Positions 57,773 through 64,000 of a DNA stretch of 64,000 nucleotides are shown here, piece after piece. The notes beneath the pieces are model-generated. The model saw nothing but the letters and a program-made list of their open reading frames with translations, was not told the DNA's origin and searched no databases. This DNA is from Octopus vulgaris (taxonomy: Eukaryota). The translations under genes and the position numbers were made by a program. Numbering within the stretch: position 1 is the first letter of the stretch; every line of letters begins with the position of its first letter. The DNA is taken from positions 23,002,001-23,066,000 of the forward strand of contig OX597840.1 in assembly GCA_951406725.2 (NCBI GenBank), written 5' to 3'.

Positions 57773-59015
57773 TTGAGTAACAGTATAACCCGGCGTTGTT
57801 CGGTATTACATTCGGATCATTAAGTGATGAAGTGATTTATTTCAAACCAAAATAAGTGACAAGGACATCACATTCGTGCGAAATCTGCTGAAATTGGCAA
57901 AAGTTTGGCTGAAAGTGGGATCGCAGGCAATTTGAATGGGAAATACCATAAGGAATCAGTTTATCGATTATTTCCACTCATCGGCTTTTTTTTGAGAACT
58001 TAAAGCATTCAAAGATCCCATAAGTCCTAAGTAATGCTGGCATCGAGTCTGAGCAAAATATGTCGAAATTGGTAAAAGTTATGGTTGAAAATGGGGTGTA
58101 GCTAATTTTAGCAGAAACCCTATAAGGAATTAGTTTATCAAGTGATGAAGTGATTTATTTCAAACCAAAATAAGTGACAATGACATCACATTTGAGCGAA
58201 ATCTGCTGAAATTGGCAAAAAATCAATGCCTGCTACCGTTGGTGTTTGGCCTTGTGATTTGTTGATGGACATGGTGAAGCATGGTCTCACCAGAAACTTC
58301 GATCTGCAGAACTTGACCGGCATGTCTGACCGTGGGGGATAAAGCTGCATCCTTGAAATGAAAACATCTTCACCCCTCCTGCACCCTGTAACAATGGTGG
58401 CCTAAATCAAGTGGGGCGTCAGGGACTTGATTACTAAGCGGGTCCTGTTGCACTGTTTAGGCGGAAGTAACTTTCTGATTAGCCTAATTGGGCATCCAAC
58501 CCTTAGCCTGAGGACGTGAGGTGGAAGCCCTGCTGGCTCCAATGAGTTGAGAAACTCGATAGGGTAAATGACAATGCCTTGTGGGTCAGACGTCCGGTCA
58601 ATTGATTTGTAGATGTACTCCTCACCCGGAATTCGTCATATGAGCTGGTCATTGATAGCACTGACACCTATGTTTTGTGGGGCCAGGATGGTTCTTTCAC
58701 CGAGCCAATTGATGTCTGCATAATTACTTTCCAGATTGGGGAACACTGTTACCAAAAGACCGAAAGGGTTGTTCACGGAGTTGCACAGTTCATAGACTGA
58801 TATGTTGCCCCTATCATTCCTAGGGACCTTGCCTTCTCCAAGGGCTAAAATTTCTTCAGCAAAAGCTGCAGACATTCTATCACCAAGCAAGTGCGCATAC
58901 ATGTTTGTGATTAGGCTTAAGGTCTTAACCTGGGGCCACAACATGGATGACTTAAGGCATGCGTGCACTTCATCAGCCCTGCTCCCTTTAGGAAAGACAG
59001 GAAGGATTTGCACAC
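57773..59015 (-). mobile_element. Helitron/Helentron relic with PIF1 helicase fragment (duplicate)
   Basis: Near-identical to 50030-51255. Confidence 0.8.
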
Positions 59016-59264
59016 TTCTTTCTGAGTCTTTTCTTCCTCTTCCCACCTCACTCCTAACCTTATCCTCTTTTCTTTCTCCCCCTTTTTCTCTAATAGCTGA
59101 GAGTTATTGACAGGCTAAGTAACGTAACGACAAGCAGAATTATTATAAGATCACCTTTCTCTACTTCTTCACTCCTCCATCCCTCTCATGCCTACTTTAC
59201 ATAACAAAAGTATACCAGTTGGAGAGAGAGAAGCTGGTTATACATATATATATATATATATATA

Positions 59265-59411
59265 GGGAGAGTTTACGAAAAAAACAAAAGACGAAGACAG
59301 GTGGTGTACAAAACAAACAGATGTATTAGTATAACGCTCAGGAATAGAAAAAGTATTTTACGTTTCGAGCCTTTGCTCTTCTACAGAAAGGAACACAGAA
59401 AAAAAACGAGG
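59265..59411 (-). mobile_element. Penelope-like solo terminal repeat (duplicate)
   Basis: CTTT-CTGTAGA-A-GAGC-AAAG-GCTC-GAAA-CG-TA; within the motif, only the stem II loop differs from the 51506 copy. Confidence 0.6.
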
Positions 59412-59809
59412 ATATATACACATATTATTTTTGCATTAGGTTTGGTTATTTTTACAGAGTAATTAAATATCACATAAGGAGACCAGATACAAGTTTGATA
59501 TTATTTATTCAGCATTACATGTGTTTCATTTCCTAATAGGAATTATAAATTTTTAGACAAAGAGAAAACATGTAAAATATCACCTCCAAGAAATTCTCCA
59601 GACATACAGATGTGTGTGTGTACCCTTGTCCAGATGTGATGTTTGTAAATGACCAACATACAAATGCAGTTGGTCATTTCCAGTCTTCTGTGTCGAATAT
59701 GTCTCACCATGGAAAACGTTTCCTTGCTTGGAAACATATGGGGATGGGCAACAGGAAAGGTACCCGGGTGAAGAGAATCTCCATCACTGAAGTCCGTGTG
59801 ATAGACAGA

Positions 59810-61000
<1,191 letters not shown>

Positions 61001-61592
61001 CTCATCAAGAAATATAAAATGAATCCTTAAAGTTTTACATGTCAATAACTTTTCAATAATATTTCTCCTCTCACCAAAATTTATGGATATTTTTCTTCTT
61101 TTTGTCTTTATAGTTTACTCCAAACAAATATCACCTCTCTTATATTTCTTCTAAATGTGATCAATGCCAATATTTAAAAATGTCGCAAATACTCTTAGGA
61201 AATCTATCAAAGTATATTTAAAACAGAGAATTGATCCAATAATTGATCCGTTTTCATAGAATGATTTAGCACAAATAGCTTAGGTTACAGTTATATCTTT
61301 CATATTAATAGGACTGTGTACAAACAATTCACCATTTTGAAAGAATGATTCAGGTTTAACATCACAGTGATATGTTTTCCTTCCTCTGTCAATGCTCTTT
61401 TGATTCAATGATGGATGATCTGAGATGAAAGATTTACTAGAGATATCACATTCATAACATTGTTTCAATCATGTGTAGAGATTTTCCTGAGGTACAAGCT
61501 TGTCCTTCTGAGAGAATGTTATACAACAAATGTCACTGTGCTATGGATCCTTTGCACCTGTGTTTAATTAAATGATGTTTTTGTGAGAATTA

Positions 61593-61703
<111 letters not shown>

Positions 61704-63071
61704 TTACTCACCTGTATGAATACGTTTGTGTGTAGCTAAGTTACCTGCCTGACTGAATGATTTGCCACAGATATCACAGTGATATGGTTTCTCACCTGTA
61801 TGAATACGTTTGTGTATAGTTAATTTACTCTTTTCAATGAAAGATTTACCACAGATATCACAGTGATATGGTTTCTCTCCTGCATGAACCCGTTTGTGTT
61901 GAGTTAAGTAACTGCTAGTAGAAAATGATTTACCACAGATATCACAGTGATATGGTTTCTCTCCTGTATGAACCCGTTTGTGTTGAGTTAAGTGACTGCT
62001 AGTAGAGAATGATTCACCACAGATATCACAGTGATATGGTTTCTCTCCTGTATGAACCCGTTTGTGTTGAGTTAAGTAACTGCTAGTAGAAAATGATTTA
62101 CCACAGATATCGCAGGGATATGGTTTCTCCCCTGTATGAATACGCTTGTGTTTAGTTAAGTTACTGCCAACAGAGAATGATTTACCACAGATATCACAGT
62201 GATATGGTTTCTCACCTGTATGAATACGTTTGTGTTTAGTTAAGTTACTCTTTTCAGTGTAAGATTTACCACAGATATCACAGTGATATGGTTTCTCTCC
62301 TGTATGAACCCGTTTGTGTTGAGTTAAGTGACTGCTAGTAGAGAATGATTCACCACAGATATCACAGTGATATGGTTTCTCTCCTGTATGAACCCGTTTG
62401 TGTTGAGTTAAGTAACTGCTAGTAGAAAATGATTTACCACATATATCACAGTGATATGGTTTCTCTCCTGTATGAACCCGTTTGTGTTGAGTTAAGTGAC
62501 TGCTAGTAGAGAATGATATACCACAGATATCACAGGGATATGGTTTCTCTCCTGTATGGATACGTTTATGACGAGTTAAACTACTGCCAACAGAGAATGA
62601 TTCACCACAGATATCACACTGATATGGTTTCTCTCCTGTATGAACCCGTTTGTGTTGAGTTAAGTGACTGCTAGTAGAGAATGATATACCACAGATATCA
62701 CAGTGATATGGTTTCTCTCCTGTATGAACCCGTTTGTGTTGAGTTAAGTGACTGCTAGTAGAGGATGATATACCATAGATATCACAGGGATAAGTTTTCT
62801 CTCCTGTATGGATACGTATATGTCGTATTAACTGACTGCTACTTAAGAATGATTTACCACAGATATCACAGTGATATGGTTTCTCTCCTGTATGAACCCG
62901 TTTGTGTTGAGTTAAGTGACTGCTACTTAAGAATGATTTACCACAGATATCACAGTGATATTGTTGTTCCTTTGCATGAATTTGTTTGTGTTGATTGAAT
63001 TTACTTTCTTCTAAGAATGACTCTTTGCAGATGTCACAGTCATATGATGATTTTCTTAATTCTTCCGACAT
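61704..63071 (-). CDS. Poly-C2H2 zinc-finger protein (~16 fingers)
   Basis: 455-aa intact ORF; tandem paralog of 54083-55198. Confidence 0.9.
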   Translation of the reverse strand: MSEELRKSSYDCDICKESFLEESKFNQHKQIHAKEQQYHCDICGKSFLSSSHLTQHKRVHTGEKPYHCDICGKSFLSSSQLIRHIRIHTGEKTYPCDIYGISSSTSSHLTQHKRVHTGEKPYHCDICGISFSTSSHLTQHKRVHTGEKPYQCDICGESFSVGSSLTRHKRIHTGEKPYPCDICGISFSTSSHLTQHKRVHTGEKPYHCDICGKSFSTSSYLTQHKRVHTGEKPYHCDICGESFSTSSHLTQHKRVHTGEKPYHCDICGKSYTEKSNLTKHKRIHTGEKPYHCDICGKSFSVGSNLTKHKRIHTGEKPYPCDICGKSFSTSSYLTQHKRVHTGEKPYHCDICGESFSTSSHLTQHKRVHTGEKPYHCDICGKSFSTSSYLTQHKRVHAGEKPYHCDICGKSFIEKSKLTIHKRIHTGEKPYHCDICGKSFSQAGNLATHKRIHTGE

Positions 63072-64000
63072 CTCTTCAAGAAAAATAAAACTGAACCTTC
63101 AAGTTGTACAGATCAACAACTTATCAAAAATATTTCTTTTCTCACCAAAATTTATGGATATTTTTCTTCTTTTTGTTTTTATAGTTAATTCCAAACAAAT
63201 ATCACTTCTCTTATATTTCTTCTAAATGTGGTCAATGCCAATATTTAAAAATGTCGCAAATACTCTTAGGAAATCTATCAAAGTATATTTAAAACAGAAA
63301 ATTATCTCTTGCACATTCCAGACACAGAAGTAAAGAAATACTTTCTCTCCCTAGAGGAAATATTTTACTATAATTCAGCGATGTTTTATAGAAGCAGGAT
63401 TATACATTTGTAGAATATCTTTGCAGAGTCTTTCAAACATGATACGTATTGATGATTCTTTAAAAGTAAAAAATACTTTTTAGCCAATTTCATGTGATTT
63501 TCTGAAAGAATAGAAAAAATAATATAAGACATTAAGTAAGTTTAAAAGGCAGATATTCAAAAGTGCAAATTCACGACATTTCTGTTTTCATAAATTGTAG
63601 AAGTAATTTTTTATCTGAACTATTAAATTTATCCCATCTCTATTCTCAAGAGGTTTATATTACAGACATATCTATCGTAATAACACCTCCTGGACATTGC
63701 GTCTGTCCTAGAAACACACCAATATACATGTCAATGACACTAGACAGCTGATGTTTTCATCTGAAGGAGGTTTTCTCCATTGTATGAGTATGCTTGGGTC
63801 TAGTTAGGCAACTACTAACAGAGAATGATTCATCAATGATGTCACAGTGATATGGCTTCTCCCCTCCATGAACTCTTGTGTGAGTAGTGAAGTTACGTCT
63901 TTGATAGAATGACTTACCACAGATATTACAGTGATATGGTTTCTCCTCCAAATTAGTACGTTTGTGAACACACACACCACCACACTCCAGACCAATTCTG

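Overview
Eukaryotic, AT-rich animal DNA, most likely an octopus or other coleoid cephalopod. This is inferred from the KRAB-less '[11 protein letters not shown]...HTGEKP' C2H2 zinc-finger cluster and the SINE types. Left part (1-12.8 kb): two + strand poly-C2H2 genes in duplicated cassettes. About 3.8-12.8 kb is mirrored as a deletion-riddled inverted copy (14.1-21.2 kb) that ends at a 100-N gap and is probably an assembly fold-back. Middle part (21.3-44.3 kb): very long (TA)n tracts hosting several CR1/L2-group LINEs, SINEs and Penelope-like terminal repeats with minimal hammerhead-ribozyme folds. One LINE looks full length, with a Myb/SANT-like + CCCH ORF1. Right part (44.3-64 kb): - strand C2H2 genes and pseudogenes in a ~7.7-7.9 kb tandem duplication that also carries a Helitron helicase fragment, a Penelope-like relic and a hAT MITE. 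Most frameshifts fall in homopolymers and are probably long-read errors.
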